64,000 nucleotides of DNA from Fistulifera solaris (Eukaryota), in assembly GCA_030295235.1 (NCBI GenBank), contig AP026162.1, positions 744,001 through 808,000 on the forward strand, given 5' to 3'. The notes under the pieces are model-generated. The model was given only the letters and a program-made list of their open reading frames with translations, was not told the origin of the DNA and did not search any database. The position numbers and the translations under genes are program-made. Position 1 is the stretch's first letter. Every line of letters starts with the position of its first letter. Positions 23,101 through 35,898 of the stretch are shown piece by piece.

Positions 23101-23704
23101 AATATCCAAAAAGCAGGCGAAGAATGCAATAGCTGCTTTTAGCCGCTCAGTTGTCGTTATCGATTCGGATTCTTCTTCCGACGAAAGTCTCGAAGCATCT
23201 TTGTCGAAGAAACAACGAGCTGCTTCGACGTTGCAAGTTGACCACACGCAAAATTTGGCCGAACGAATTAAATTGCTTGCACAAAACTGGTCGGAAGAGG
23301 AACGGATGTGCGGTAAAAATATTTATTATTGGAATATTCTTTCCAATAACACGATGAAAGCTATCGCATCCCGAAGGCCGCGTACGATTGAAGAATTAAA
23401 AGATGTTGGCGGCCTAGGCGAAAACATCATTTCTGAATACGGAGATCGGATAGTGAAGGTAGTCGTATCGTATATCAACCAGAACGGGCTCGATGACATG
23501 ACCCGAGCAACGAAGCGACCTAAAATCCCATCAGATTCCGATAGCACGAACCAACGCACTGCTACAAACAACTTAAGCTCGAATATTGTTGAAATTTCGG
23601 ACAAAGATGACGAATTCGATGCTGGAATCGACTTTTCAACCATTGAGCTCCCCGAAATCGGCGGTACAAGTACAACCGGTTCGTCGAAGTCGCCTTACTT
23701 CTGA
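20175..23704 (+). CDS. RECQ: BLM/Sgs1-type RecQ helicase with a GRF zinc finger, RQC and HRDC domains; 1-nt indel at 21739-21741
   Basis: [58 protein letters not shown]...CDNC and an HRDC-like PRTIEEL...YGDRI. Adding one T restores KLLYLTPEK. Confidence 0.95.
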
Positions 23705-23828
23705 TAATGCTGTCATTCAGTGATTCGTTAGATAATTGATACGAAGTACCCCTGCTGTATTAGAAGAGACATAGATTATCATATTATTACACTACTTCGT
23801 ATTGTTCACACTTCTTTCTGCGTGTACG

Positions 23829-26806
23829 TCATACACTCTCAAGATAATCGAATGATCTTTCGATTCCTTGAATCAGATTGCTTTCCTGGACTGGTCTATG
23901 ATGCACACCTGTCGAGTGAAAGTCGGTGGTTTGTTGATTATGCTGGCTAAAGATGTGAATCTGTTTACTTTCATTTTTTCTGCTAGCTCCACCGCCATGC
24001 AGGCGACACAGTTGTCTTTTTCCAATAGCCACGCGATTGCAACCCTCTAATTTGCAGCGGACACCGCCTCCATGAGCGGCACAAAAATTTGTCCGACCCC
24101 GAGCTACTTTATCACAATCTGGTTGAGCACACTTCTTACCACCGCCATGCTTCACACAAAATTGGGTCGAAGACTGCGCAGACTTATCGCAACCTTCGAC
24201 AGAACAACGCCTTCCTCCACCATGAGCTGTGCAAAACTTAGATCCTCCTACAGCCGACTTAGAACAACCATCATGAATACACCGTTTTCCACCGCCATGG
24301 GCTGCACAGAAGAACTTATCACGCGCTCCCTTGTCACATCCTTGAAAAGTGCACCTCCGTCCTCCTCCGTGGGCGATGCAGAAGCGAGTAGATCCTTGGG
24401 CGCACTTAGAGCAGCCTTCATGCTCGCAAAGACGAGTCCCGCTGTGTTTCATACAATGAGGTCTTCGGGGCACAGCGATCTCTGAACAACCCTGTATGCG
24501 ACACATTTTTGCCGAATAATCGGGAATCATCACCGCAGAGCAATATTGACTGTTTAGAGCAACGTTGTTTACTTGACCATACACCAAAGGCCCCGATACA
24601 AATTCTTGAGATTGTTCCGAACCAAGCGACTGTGTCGAAGTCGACAAGGACGCTGAACGTTGATACACGTTAACGTTCATTGGTGAGTAGTCTTGACGGT
24701 CGACCTGTGGGCTGCGCTTGCCAGGGAGCGACTCAGCTGCACTGACTACTTTAGACGGCAAACGGTTGGGTTGGGACAAAGGAGCAGGGACACGGTTCAA
24801 AACATGCGCACGTTTCGTTCCCTCCACATTTGTATACATGTGATCAAAAGGAACAGCTGATCTGAAAGACAATAATGCATCCGAGACATGCTCATGAACA
24901 GTAGCATTGATTGGATTAGGATTCAAGTCCTCTTCCGTGAAGCCCAAGATTTTCATTTGCACAGTTAAAGGATAATTCTGATCATCGTTGGTTTCAAACT
25001 GATGTTCGGGAGTCGACATGGAATTATGCGGGCGCTTCTTCGACATAAAATGGTGCTGCATCTCGATATCCGCAGCCATCTCACCCAGATCTGCCGGTGC
25101 AACTCCGCTCCAAATTGTCTTATCGACGCTTTCATGAGGTTCGACTTTATCAAGGCCATCCCAAAGAAGGCGCAGAGCTTGCTGCACGAATTTCAAAACA
25201 AATGGCACAGACGCAGACTTTACTAACGAGTAGCACACCACTACACAAGATGGAGTCTTCCTTTTTCCCGCAAAAACGGGAACGGCGAGGACAGTTTGAA
25301 TCTTCGAGAAGACAAAGGCATCCGCGCGCATCGGGTCCGCGAATACATTAGGGTTGGCAGTCCAAACCGGATTCCCAGAAGCAAAAGCTCTACCCACGGC
25401 CCCTGTCCAATGCTTAATCAGCTTGTTTGTAGAGCACTTCCTGAACTCATTCAGCAACTCATTCGTTTCTGTACATGTTGCTGACATGCAAAGACTGAGA
25501 CTGTCGCTGTGATTACTATCGGGTACCCACACTTCAGCAAGGTCGAAGACCGACATGCCAAGAAAAGCATGGCAGAACTCTTCTAGTCTTTGGATTCGAG
25601 AAGGTTGCATCAATGAGATATCGTCCCCTATATACCCCGAATCCCTTTGCTGCGTCTCACGGTCACTGATATCAAAGACGCTAGCATATTCGGTGTCGTC
25701 TTCTATGCTTGTAACCGGCTTGTCCATAATAGTAGTCCAGACACCATAAGTTGCTTCATCAAAGGCATCGATTGGCTCGTCAGCGACTGTCCCACCGATT
25801 TCAGCAAAGGACGGTAGCATCGGAATACCGAAATCGTCTTTCGGCGCAGATTGTAAGTCATGATCATGGCTCAGGTCTGGCTCAAATTTTGTAACGGTAC
25901 CAGATCTCCTATCAATATCAGTAATTGATACAAATCGAGCGTTGACACCATCACCTAACAGATTTTGACCAGCGTTCCGCCCCAACGCCACAAGTGCTTG
26001 CTGACTGACCGTACTTGGGCCGATTTGTCGCATACCTGTTTGAACAGGATCAAAAGCAGGAAGTAAACAAGGGATCGATGTTGTTGCCGCACTCTGACTC
26101 AGTGACCGTAGAAAATCAAGCGCATCCTCCGTACTCTGAATATTGTTGGGGGAAAACATCACCACGACGCACATGTTTCCATTCGCATCCACTGCCACGG
26201 GCATTCCCACTGCTGTTTGTAAAACGACATCTGATCGTCCCGTCAGTCCCTCCTGTTTCTTTGTGGTTGCCCATACGACTTGCGCCGTAGAAGAGATAGC
26301 ATTTACGAGTCGAGGCGATAAGACATGCTCCGAAACCTCTGCTTCACTATCGTTCTTATCATTCCATGAATGATCCGGAGGATTAATCAGCTCCGCCCGA
26401 TGACTTTCAAAGTTTTTTGACGTGTACAATTGTACGAAACGGAGTTGCCTTCTTCCTTGACTTCTTGCTAAAGCACTATCTTGATCCTCTGCATTCATTA
26501 TTCATTCAACAAGAAAACAAACAAAGTAAGAATGCAATGTCCGAGTCGAAGATTCAGCCAATCAGAATACTGGAATCAGTACCGCTTGGCGAGAATTTGT
26601 CGCAGCACTTAACAAAACACTAAACATGCAACAAGCTCCCCCTCTTCCGACAATTATCCGGAAGAAAGGACGATGAAGAAGAACTCACCGATTGCAGCAA
26701 CCGTAGAAGATCCGTTTTCGCTAGAAGTCCACCATACCTCTCCTACGTCAAAACCGAGGCCCGCGCAAGCAGCTTGTAAATATGCTCTTACACGTTCCGG
26801 ATCCAT
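23829..26806 (-). CDS. Protein with two NLP/NIN-like GAF-type segments and seven C-terminal Cx4C-x9/10-Cx2H(GGG) zinc-finger repeats; exon 1 26689-26806, intron 26489-26688
   Basis: Exon 1 MDPERVRAYLQAACAGLGFDVGEVW joins the 889-aa ORF in phase 1. A second FDLAEVW...GAVGRAFASGNPVW...TVLAVPVF segment follows. Repeats such as CEHEGCSKCAQGSTRFCIAHGGG are WRKY19-like. Confidence 0.8.
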
Positions 26807-27283
26807 GTTCCGGTTCGATAATTTTTATCTCTTGATGGGGGAGGCGAAAAACAAAAAGAACTGTGATCGCAAGCGTTCGGACCGGAGGAGGTCTGAATGA
26901 ATTTTGGGGGGAGACCGTGGACGGTGGAGTGGGACTCAGTCAGCTGGTCCAAATTTCTGCCACGTGCGAGTACTTTCGAAGTGACAGCCACCCAAATGCT
27001 GTCGGAATTCTTGAATCGCACTCTCCGATGCAAAGTATATTACTTTTTCTGTATCGAATTGATTGTTAGGTACAGACATGCGTAGATTTCTACGTAAGGT
27101 TAAGAACAGATTCTTGCTTTGAGTCCCTAATGCTAGCGACTCGGTTCGGATTTTACCTAAGATGTTGAGGACAAAAGCAAAGAGAAAGCTTTAAGTTCAG
27201 AATCAAACCGTCATCATCTGAATAAAAAATAGATGGGTTTTTACAAATATGAGCAAAAGTGTCTAAATATTAAAATCAATTCA

Positions 27284-30200
27284 TCAATTAGTCGGTTGTT
27301 GCAAAGCTGATATCTGCTCTTCAACTATGTTCCGAGCCATACCAACAGGTAAGGCAAAATGATCCTCTTCCATTTCGAAACCGCCACCCCAACTCATTAG
27401 ACCATCCACAAGGCTTTGCATAGAGGCGCTCATTGCGCCACTTTCTCCTCTATTTGTTTCTTCTTTGTCTTGCTCAAAGTCAGGAACATCGTGGATGCCC
27501 GCTTCTTGGTTTGACTCATCAAAAATGGGGGACGCAGTGACAAGCGGCAGGAAAGAGTCGTTATATGATACAGCATCACTCTCGCCTGCGCTGGCGTCGA
27601 CTTTTACTGACAAAACTTTGTGATCAACAGCAACTATTGTTGGAGGCAACATGTCGTTGCCTGGGGCAAGTGGATTCTCAAATATTCGCACAGAGACCTC
27701 GTCATAGTCAGCACTAGCATTTGAACTTCTAGATGGAGACCCTTGGCTGTTCCGATCTGTCATCGGAGACGCCGCAACTGTTCTCTCCTTCATCGACGGA
27801 ATGACCGGGGATACAATAAACCCATCCCGTAGGGTTGACCATGCATCAACAGATCTTCGCGCTGCTTCATGCTGAAGCTTGGCATACGATAAACATGCGT
27901 TAAGCATTTCCCTTTACGGTGAATGTTCCAGCATTTCACATCATGAGCGAGGGCCAGCGCTGCTCGTCTTTTCACCGAATTAGCTTCGTGTTCAATGACG
28001 GCGGCATGAATCGCATGACTCTGAGATATGGACGCTCTTGTCTGCGCAGCTCTTGCCTCATCTATGGACGAAAACTCTCCGTTTTCACATACAGATTGAG
28101 CAGAGAAGGCAGCGGCACTAGCGGCTGCTTTTGCGCTGGAGGCGGTCTTTGACGCGCGAACCGCCTTACGGACATCTTCAGCTGCTGCCACGGCCGAAGC
28201 AGCTAGCGAAGCCTGCCACGAGAGGTCTATAATACACAAAGTTAAATCCGAGTCAAAGAATGCTCTTGTTGATGCAAATGGACACAGTCACACAACGTAC
28301 CATCAATGAACGCAAGGTCGCTCTCTTCATACACCTCTCGGCTCTGACCAATACCAGGGACGCTCTTCATTAATGATCTTTGAGAAACAAAACGACCTCT
28401 CATTCCTTCCCACGAATCAAAACCTCCAACGATCTCTAAATGTTTCGACTGTCTTTCCTTTTGGGCTTTTCCGATTCTCCCGACGCTTACCAAGCATCGC
28501 GTCAGAGTGCTATCGACAGAACCAATTACTTCTCGGAGTTTATCTATATTTTCATCGACTGATATGTCTCCAAGAAAGGCAGAAGCGCCATCATCATCGT
28601 TGTGAGCCTCCAAAGCAAAGCCCCTTTCATCAAACCCCGTCCCGTAATGAAAGCGTTCTTCTTTCCCTGTGTTCGTTAGAACTTGACCGTGCCTGCTTCC
28701 AGCTGAAAGTATTCGACGCTCTGGAGCAGGTACTGGGAGCGGTAATAAGTCATAGCCATCTTCACCATCAACGTTGATAACCCCATCTTCAAAATCATTA
28801 CCGGCACATGCAGATAAAGGGAACGAACTATCTTCGATTGAGGAGTGAGCTAGTTGTTGAGCAAAGGTTTCATCCTCTTCGCGACCAATACCTCTTCCAA
28901 ATGTCGGCAAGGAGGCGTGCTGGAGCTTTGCACTAGCTGACTGAAGACCTGTTGTTTCCAACATTCCATGTACTTTCAAAGCCATTGCAGCCTGAGCTGC
29001 GGTCCTCACCCACGCAAAATTGGACAGCTCGGGCGAAACGCACGTCCAGGCCATCGACTTGTCGTCGCCGCCTACTTTGGGCGCATGATGACTCCTCTCC
29101 TTTGTAAGACGATGACACTCCGCAAGAGCAACCTTCGCAGCTTCTAAGCCAGACTGGCTTGCCTGGAAAGAGCAGATGTAAGCTTAAAGTCGTGCCTCAG
29201 AATTCTCCGCGTGCAGCAACTTACCTGTAAGATAGTGTTCAAAGGAAAAGACGTTGATAGCGCTGGATGCTCCAATAAGAAGTTCAGGTATCGTTCCAGT
29301 TGACGGCCCTTAAACACCGGTGAATTAGGATTGTAGTAGCTTTCAGGAATGGACGTCGAAGTAATGGTCGCGTTCTTCTTTGTAGACTTTTTGTGTGAGA
29401 CAGTCTGACCAGGTTTTTCATCGTGCATCATTGGATTTGCATTCGGCAACGACGATGGACTTGATTCACTAAATGAGGCAAATATTGACTTGGCAACATC
29501 ACGAACAATACCGACGCTAGCAGCGGCAGCGTTAATTGCACCACCCGTTTTCTTTATCGACGCATTGATTACCGAATCCTCTTTCTGGAAATGCGATGCA
29601 AGGCTGCCACCAGCGGTCTGCGAGCCACCTGGAAAAGGAGGAAGAATTCTACCACACAGTGTTCCGCCTAAGACTTTATGCGAAGCAAATGTATCGTCTA
29701 GCCACTTCAAATCCTCCATCGAGCGTCTTACTACCACCTCGTCGTGTGTGGTGTCTGATGGCTTTATGAACGTCAGCGCAAATTCTAAGGCTTTTGTTGA
29801 AGGGGCTTTCCCAACATTGGTCGGAAGAAACGTAGTTGGATGCTGAGTTCCGAAAAGAGATACCTTGACACGACCGCTTGTTCTGTAAGTCGCTTGATGT
29901 TTCGCAAGGTCATGAGCTGCCACAAGACTATGATCAAGATCCAATTCCGGCAAGGGCAAAGGTGTTTTATTCATCCGCTCGTAGTCCGCTAATTGTGCAA
30001 CGGATAAAGGCACCGGAGGATCAGCAGGCGGAACATCGATCATAACAACTTCACTGCCGCGAGGAGCATTGCGATGTCGCATAGTTTGTTGCAAGTGTCG
30101 AGCGGAGAACCTTCGTTTCGCCTCCAAATACTGTGCCAGAGCGACCATGCGACAAAAGACGAGCCATCCCTCAATACCGATAAGTTCAGGTTCTTCTTTT

Positions 30201-30586
30201 CGGGATGAATCAAGACCGCATTCACTTGAATTACATGCCGACAGCACGACTGCTTGCCATATCTCAGTGAATGTCATACTGCCTCTGTTCTTCGTCTCTC
30301 CCGTCAACTCTAGCCGACGCAAGTCATCGTCTCGCCTCCAGAATACAGGACACCGTAAGAGAGCAAACTCACGAACGCTCTCTCGAGTAACCCATCCCCG
30401 ATTTTCAGTATCCACAATAGCGAATAAATTCTGAGCAAACTCCAAATCGCGCCGACAAAAGACGAGCCGGTGAAAGCTATCCATTTCCGGAACTCGAATA
30501 TGAATGACGTACGGAGAGTCTAGGCTTTCATTTTCCCGGACCAACTGTCCGCGATGAGGCAAGTAGCGAGTAGATTCGGTCGTCAT
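27284..30586 (-). CDS. Sorting-nexin-like protein (EF-hand-like N-terminus, PX domain, helical BAR-like C-terminus); introns 29163-29224 and 28227-28300; indel ~27913
   Basis: PX motifs VVRRSMEDLKWL, ILPPFP and RQLERYLNFLLEHPAL. EF-like DTENRGWVT. Both GT-AG introns join the ORFs in phase. One extra A restores HRKREMLNAC. Confidence 0.8.
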
Positions 30587-31129
30587 TAATCGTAATTGCA
30601 ACAAAATGTCGAGCGGCGAAGCTCTCTTGCTTTGAGTTCTTTTACTTGCGATACGCAACCTTTGAAGAAATCAAATGCACCTCCGTGCATCAAACCAGTC
30701 AGACACGTCGCAACTCGATTTCTCGATGGTTCAGCGTTGACGATAAAGGTAAAATGTTACGTGATGGGTAGAGGAGTAGCACGTCACAGTTTTGAACGCT
30801 TGCGAAGAAACTTTGACCCGCTTGATTGAAACAAAACGTCACAACCACTAAACTTGTAACTCCCCCTTTAAATAAATTTGGAGCAACTCGTATTATCAAG
30901 ACGATATGATCACTCCACTTGTTTCAGGCAACGTCTTTCGCCAGAAAGAACTTGACCGTGAAGTTCGTTCGAAGTTCGAAATGGGTTCTGTCGTGTGTTG
31001 TTGTCATTCCGCGCGTGAGTTCTCGGTTCTGCAACCATCTTGAATCTTTGACGACTCGTGATTCGCACTATAAAATCGATACAGAAGAAGTTCTGACGTT
31101 TGGTTTTTGAGTCCCTCGAGGGGAAGAAT

Positions 31130-31620
31130 CACAGGAAATCTGGGAACGTTGTATTTACGCTGGTCCACAAAATCTGGACCACCGGTACTTTCAGGTTTCC
31201 AGGAAATCTGAGAGAGAGGTGTTACACGTGGTCCAGTAAATCTGGACCAGCTGTATTTTCACGTTTCCAGGAAATCTGGGATTGTGGTACTTACACTGCG
31301 GTTCAGATAATTTGGAACAGTTGTTTTTCACGTTCCTAGGAAATCTGGGAATGTGGTATTTACATTGGTCCAGAAAATCTGGACCAGCTGTATTTTCAAG
31401 CTTACAGGAAATCTGGAGGAGTAGCATTTACAATTGTCCAGAAAATCTGGACCAAATGTATTTTCACACTCTCAGGAAATATGGAAGTGTGGTTTGAGTG
31501 GTCCAAAAAATCTGGACCTGTAATACTTTCACGTTTCCAGGAAAGCTGGGTGTTTGGTGTTGGTTTTGGTCCAGAAAATCTGGACCTATTGTATTTTCAC
31601 GTTCCCAGGAAATCTGGAGG
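31130..31620. repeat. Degenerate tandem array with a 68-bp unit (two 34-bp subunits), 7 units plus a partial, each subunit carrying the palindrome CCAG-RAAAT-CTGG
   Basis: AGGAAA(T/G) anchors at 31133, 31201, 31269, 31338, 31406, 31474, 31539 and 31607. Alternate subunits carry the TGGTCCAGAAAATCTGGACCA inverted repeat. Confidence 0.95.
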
Positions 31621-31791
31621 GCCGTGATTTCCCCTTGTCCGACATTTCCTCCGCAGAAACGCCACAAATCATAATCCTCATTGCAAAGCAATAACGACCC
31701 TCAAGCTTTCTGTATCCCTTTGTTTGTTTCTCATCTAATCCGTTAAAAGCTTAATTTGTGTAATCAAAAGTGAAGCTATTTGTTGTATAAA

Positions 31792-32991
31792 ATGGAGAAT
31801 CTAACGCGTAAAATTCAGAGCGCTATTCAAACGAACGACTTTGCCACCATCACGTCCGTCTTTACCGGATTCGGTCCCGACTCGTGGCAGAATGTCGGGC
31901 AGGGTGAGCAGCGATCATTAGCGTCCGATTTTATTTGTCAAGCGGTGGCGAATCCTAACTTTCTAGAGCAAGCGGTGAAACATCCCGAAATGGAGCAAAC
32001 CTTTTTGCAAGCGCTGGGTCATCTTCCCGCGACTGTCCCGAATGCCTCCGATAACACACTGCGTCAAGCATTGTTTGATGCGAAAGTCAATGCCGATGAT
32101 GCGGATTACTCCGGCGCTGCTCGCATTCTCGGTGGGATGCGCATGGACGATGATACGAATTCAGTGTATTATACTTCAAAAGTAGCCAAGGCGGAAATTT
32201 ATGTGAAAATTGCCGAATGCTTTCTGGCCGAGGATGAGATCGCGGAGTCCGATTCTGCCGTCAACAAAGCTGGAAGTGCGGTCGAATCACTTTCGACAGA
32301 AGAAAAAGAAGGACAAAGCGCGCTACTTTTGCGCTACAAGAGCACTACGGCTCGTGTACTTGATGCCAATCGAAAGTTTCTGCAAGCTGCCTCGCGATAT
32401 CATGAACTCAGTCAATCATCGTCCGATCTGCTTGACGCAGAAGAATTGCTACACTTTTTAGGGCGCGCCACGACATGCGCTATTCTGGCACCGAGTGGTG
32501 GGCAACGACAACGAGTTCTGGGGCACTTGTACAGGGACGAGCGCCTATCGGAGCTCGACCGCCTTTCGGACTTCTGCACGCACGCAAAGATTGTGCGCAA
32601 GATGTACCGCCACCAGATCTTGCAAGCTTCTGAATTGAAGCAGTTGGAAGAATCATTGGATCCGCATCAGAAAGCGATCATGGGCGACGGCTTGAGCATT
32701 TTGGAACGCGGCGTTGTTGAGCACAACATGGTTGCGGTGAGCAAGACGTATCGCTCGATCTATATTACCACCCTGGCTAAAATTTTGAATGTCGATGAGC
32801 GCCGAGCGGAGAAACTTGCTGCTAGTATGATTTTAGAGGGTTTTCTGCATGGCTCAATGGACCAGGTGAACGGGTTGCTAGAGTTCGACGCAGAAGAGCC
32901 CACTGAAGTGGCTTGGGACCGTTCGCTGTTGAGCTTCTGCTCGGAACTGAATCGTGTTATTGATGCTATTAAAGTCCGCACTACTACGTAG
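31792..32991 (+). CDS. COPS4: COP9 signalosome subunit 4
   Basis: ARVLDANRKFLQAASRYHELS, CAILAPSGGQRQRVLGHLYRDER, PHQKA..DGLSILERGVVEHNMVA, and a C-terminal PCI domain. Confidence 0.95.
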   Translation: MENLTRKIQSAIQTNDFATITSVFTGFGPDSWQNVGQGEQRSLASDFICQAVANPNFLEQAVKHPEMEQTFLQALGHLPATVPNASDNTLRQALFDAKVNADDADYSGAARILGGMRMDDDTNSVYYTSKVAKAEIYVKIAECFLAEDEIAESDSAVNKAGSAVESLSTEEKEGQSALLLRYKSTTARVLDANRKFLQAASRYHELSQSSSDLLDAEELLHFLGRATTCAILAPSGGQRQRVLGHLYRDERLSELDRLSDFCTHAKIVRKMYRHQILQASELKQLEESLDPHQKAIMGDGLSILERGVVEHNMVAVSKTYRSIYITTLAKILNVDERRAEKLAASMILEGFLHGSMDQVNGLLEFDAEEPTEVAWDRSLLSFCSELNRVIDAIKVRTTT

Positions 32992-33401
32992 CCACTTCGA
33001 TCTTCTCGATGCAGTCCCTTTGCCTCGGTGATAGCAGATGTATCTGTGTCAGAGCTTTTGCGTAAATCCTTGGTTTCGACTCGGCTTTTAACACTAGGAT
33101 AATGCAGCTCTCTGTGAACAAGAAGAAATAACTGTGACAACAAGTAGCGTTTTATTTCGTAAAATATTTCATGTTACATGTGATCACCTCTAGACTAGCA
33201 GCATTTAGAATGATTAAATTTTGATTTCGAAAATCGTTTCTGATGGTGGTTCTAGGAACCACAACTACATATCACATACGAATGGATCAAGAAGAACAAG
33301 AGGCAACAGGAAGGCATCATTCCATGCACACATAGCCGAACGGATTTCACTTTTTTTTTGATCGTTCTTTATGTTGCTTCAAGGCTGCCGTGAATCCTTG
33401 A

Positions 33402-33681
33402 ATTTCCACTATGAAACGGAGTGTTGGTTTACGCCAGCCAAGACTCAATTGTACAGTAGTCATGAACCGAACAACAAAGGGTTCCGTTTTGCGTCTCTCC
33501 CATCCGTCCATTGTCATTCAACTGCGAATACAATTATAATTACGGGTATATAAAGTCGCAACAATGATCATTCTAAACTACTTGTTAAAAGAGTTTCTTT
33601 TATTTTCACGTCGAAAATCCGAAGATCGACATCTTGCATTTCCACTATGATACGGAGTGTTGGTTTACGCCAGCCAAGACT
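33402..33681 (+). repeat. 44-bp direct repeat pair (33402-33445 and 33638-33681)
   Basis: atttccactatga(a/t)acggagtgttggtttacgccagccaagact, 1 mismatch, 236 bp apart. Weaker similarity continues downstream (tgtacagta..catgaa). Confidence 0.9.
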
Positions 33682-34451
33682 GGATTGTCAGTGTACAGTG
33701 TACAGTAACCATGAAACATAATTGTTTTGTTTCCTAATGCGATGCCTTTCACAGAAACAAAACGTGGCCTTTGACATCACAACAAAGAACAAAGCAATGT
33801 CGACTTCATTACCATCCTTTGTTCGTCCTACTATACTAAATGGAATCAATAAACAGGTGTTTCTGCTTCGTTTTCTCTTTCACAGCGGCCAAAGCAACAA
33901 TCAACCGTCAAACATCTTCATTAAGTGTCACTTGTGGTCTATCCCTTGTTAATTGTTCATAGAAGCAGCAGTTTTATTAAAACTTGCCCAAGGCGGCCCA
34001 AGGGCCTTACCGGACGGGGTCAAAAGTTGAAAAAAAGAGCTTCGCCGAGGGTTGGAGATATCAAAGCCACGAACGCCACGTGCCGCGTCATTTGATCGAT
34101 GTCGCAGGTGTCAAGGTAACTTTAACTTGCTCTGTAGGACCCCTTTTCACGGTACTCACTGTTGAAGTAAGTGCGCCAAACAAGCCAAACAAGAGATGAT
34201 GGACGGACGAGTTTTGGTAGCATTTTTACGTACGGTGGCGCAGGTATCTTTTTCTGCGTTTTCTTGTCCCAACCTTGTCCTTTGGCGTTGCGAAAGTATA
34301 CCAGGTAAACTGGAATAAAACCGCGGAAGTTCGCCTCGTTGCTTTTGCATTCGAACATTCGCTTTGTAGAAAAGACCTTCGACCCTCCCGTCGGTGTACG
34401 ATAGCACTCTCGTCATTTTGTTTTGCCCTGGACCAAAGCAACAGCGCAATC

Positions 34452-35477
34452 ATGATCTCCGTAGCAACTTTTCGTCTTCCAGGGTCGGCTCTTCGCCGAT
34501 ATCCTTCGCAGGTCATGATGTCGTTTACTACGTTGCAGCAGCGAAACTACAAATCGACGCAAGCTGTCGAACGCCCAGAAGAAGAGTCGCATTTTCTGTT
34601 GATACTTGGACCACCGGGAGGCGGAAAGGGAACGATTTCGAAGAAAATGTTGAAGGTACGGCGCCTCATAGGATGGACTCGTCACCGTCCAGCCAGAATT
34701 TGAGGAATTGCATTCGGTTTTGCACGTTACTCATCATTTTCGTTAATATCAGGACTTCTCTAGCTTTCACCACGTGTCGACCGGTGATTTGTTGCGACAG
34801 CACGTCAGACAAAGGACTGCTCTCGGTATCAAAGCGAAGGGATACATGGATAGCGGCGAACTCGTTCCGGATAATCTCATGATTGATCTAGTTATGGAAG
34901 ACGCTACTCCTTACCTTGAGGCGGGCCAGAGTCTTCTTTTGGACGGTTTTCCACGCACCATCGAACAAGCTATGGCCCTTGAGAAAGTCACGCACATTGA
35001 TGTTGTTGTTAATTTGGATGTTCCCACGGACACTATCGTGGAAAGATTGGCTGATCGGTACGTTTTGCTCAAAATGTAGTTCAAATGTTCTCAAAAAGTA
35101 CGCTCATTCGATTTTGTTTCAAACAGATGGATTCATCCGGCCTCGGGTAGGGTGTATTCTTACTCATACAACCCTCCAAAAGTTGCTGGCAAAGACGACA
35201 TTACTGGAGAAGACTTGGTTCAACGAGACGATGACAAGCCCGAAGCAATCCGAAAAAGGCTGGAATCGTATGCTAATGTAAGTGACTCAGAACTGAAATG
35301 CATGCCTTCTCAATCTGTTACGAACGTTCTTAATGGTGCGCTTGTATCTAGATCACGGCTCCTTTGGTGAAATATTATGAAGACAAGGGACTGGCTAGGA
35401 CGTTCTCCGGAACGAAGAGCGATGTTATTTACCCTCAAGTCAAGAAATTCTTGGAATCGACCCACTTCTTTTCGTGA
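34452..35477 (+). CDS. AK3: Mitochondrial adenylate kinase 3-like (GTP:AMP phosphotransferase); introns 34656-34752, 35058-35126 and 35278-35351
   Basis: P-loop [40 protein letters not shown] and QRDDD. Arg/Ser-rich presequence. All three introns are GT-AG and in phase. Confidence 0.93.
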
Positions 35478-35898
35478 GAAGATTTGAATAATGACTAAAT
35501 ATAGTCCATGTGTAAATCTAGAACTTGCAAGATATTATTCTTCAATCATTTAATTTTTATATCAGAAACCAGTTCGCGCACTGCTAGCCGCTGTATCGAT
35601 TATCAATAACCTTGCTCTTTTCGTCTTAATTAGCAACAACGATGTCCACCGCATGTGCGGGATTTAACCGCAATATATTTACTCATGCTGCAGAGAAACC
35701 TGGGAGTTTAAAAATAGGGCAGTGTATAGAACGGCGCATCGATAACGAAAGGTCTATTATTCCCATATAATAGGTGCTTAATTATTCGTATTCCCAAATC
35801 AACACGCAGTTTCAGAGCTGAAGATTTGATCGCCGCGACTGGCAGGTTTAATTTGCGTGGTGTATAAAATCTTACAAGCCAAGTCTCTTCGAATCCTC

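Noticed and set aside
31130..31620. CRISPR array
   Set aside because: The linkers are only about 15-20 nt and homologous to one another, two repeat types alternate, no cas genes are present and the context is eukaryotic. Kept as a palindromic tandem array.
31100..31691. Short ORFs over the 68-bp array
   Set aside because: They are by-products of the repeat; the period is not a multiple of 3.
33984..34449. Short overlapping ORFs upstream of AK3
   Set aside because: No recognisable motifs, and they overlap the AK3 promoter and leader. A relic cannot be excluded.
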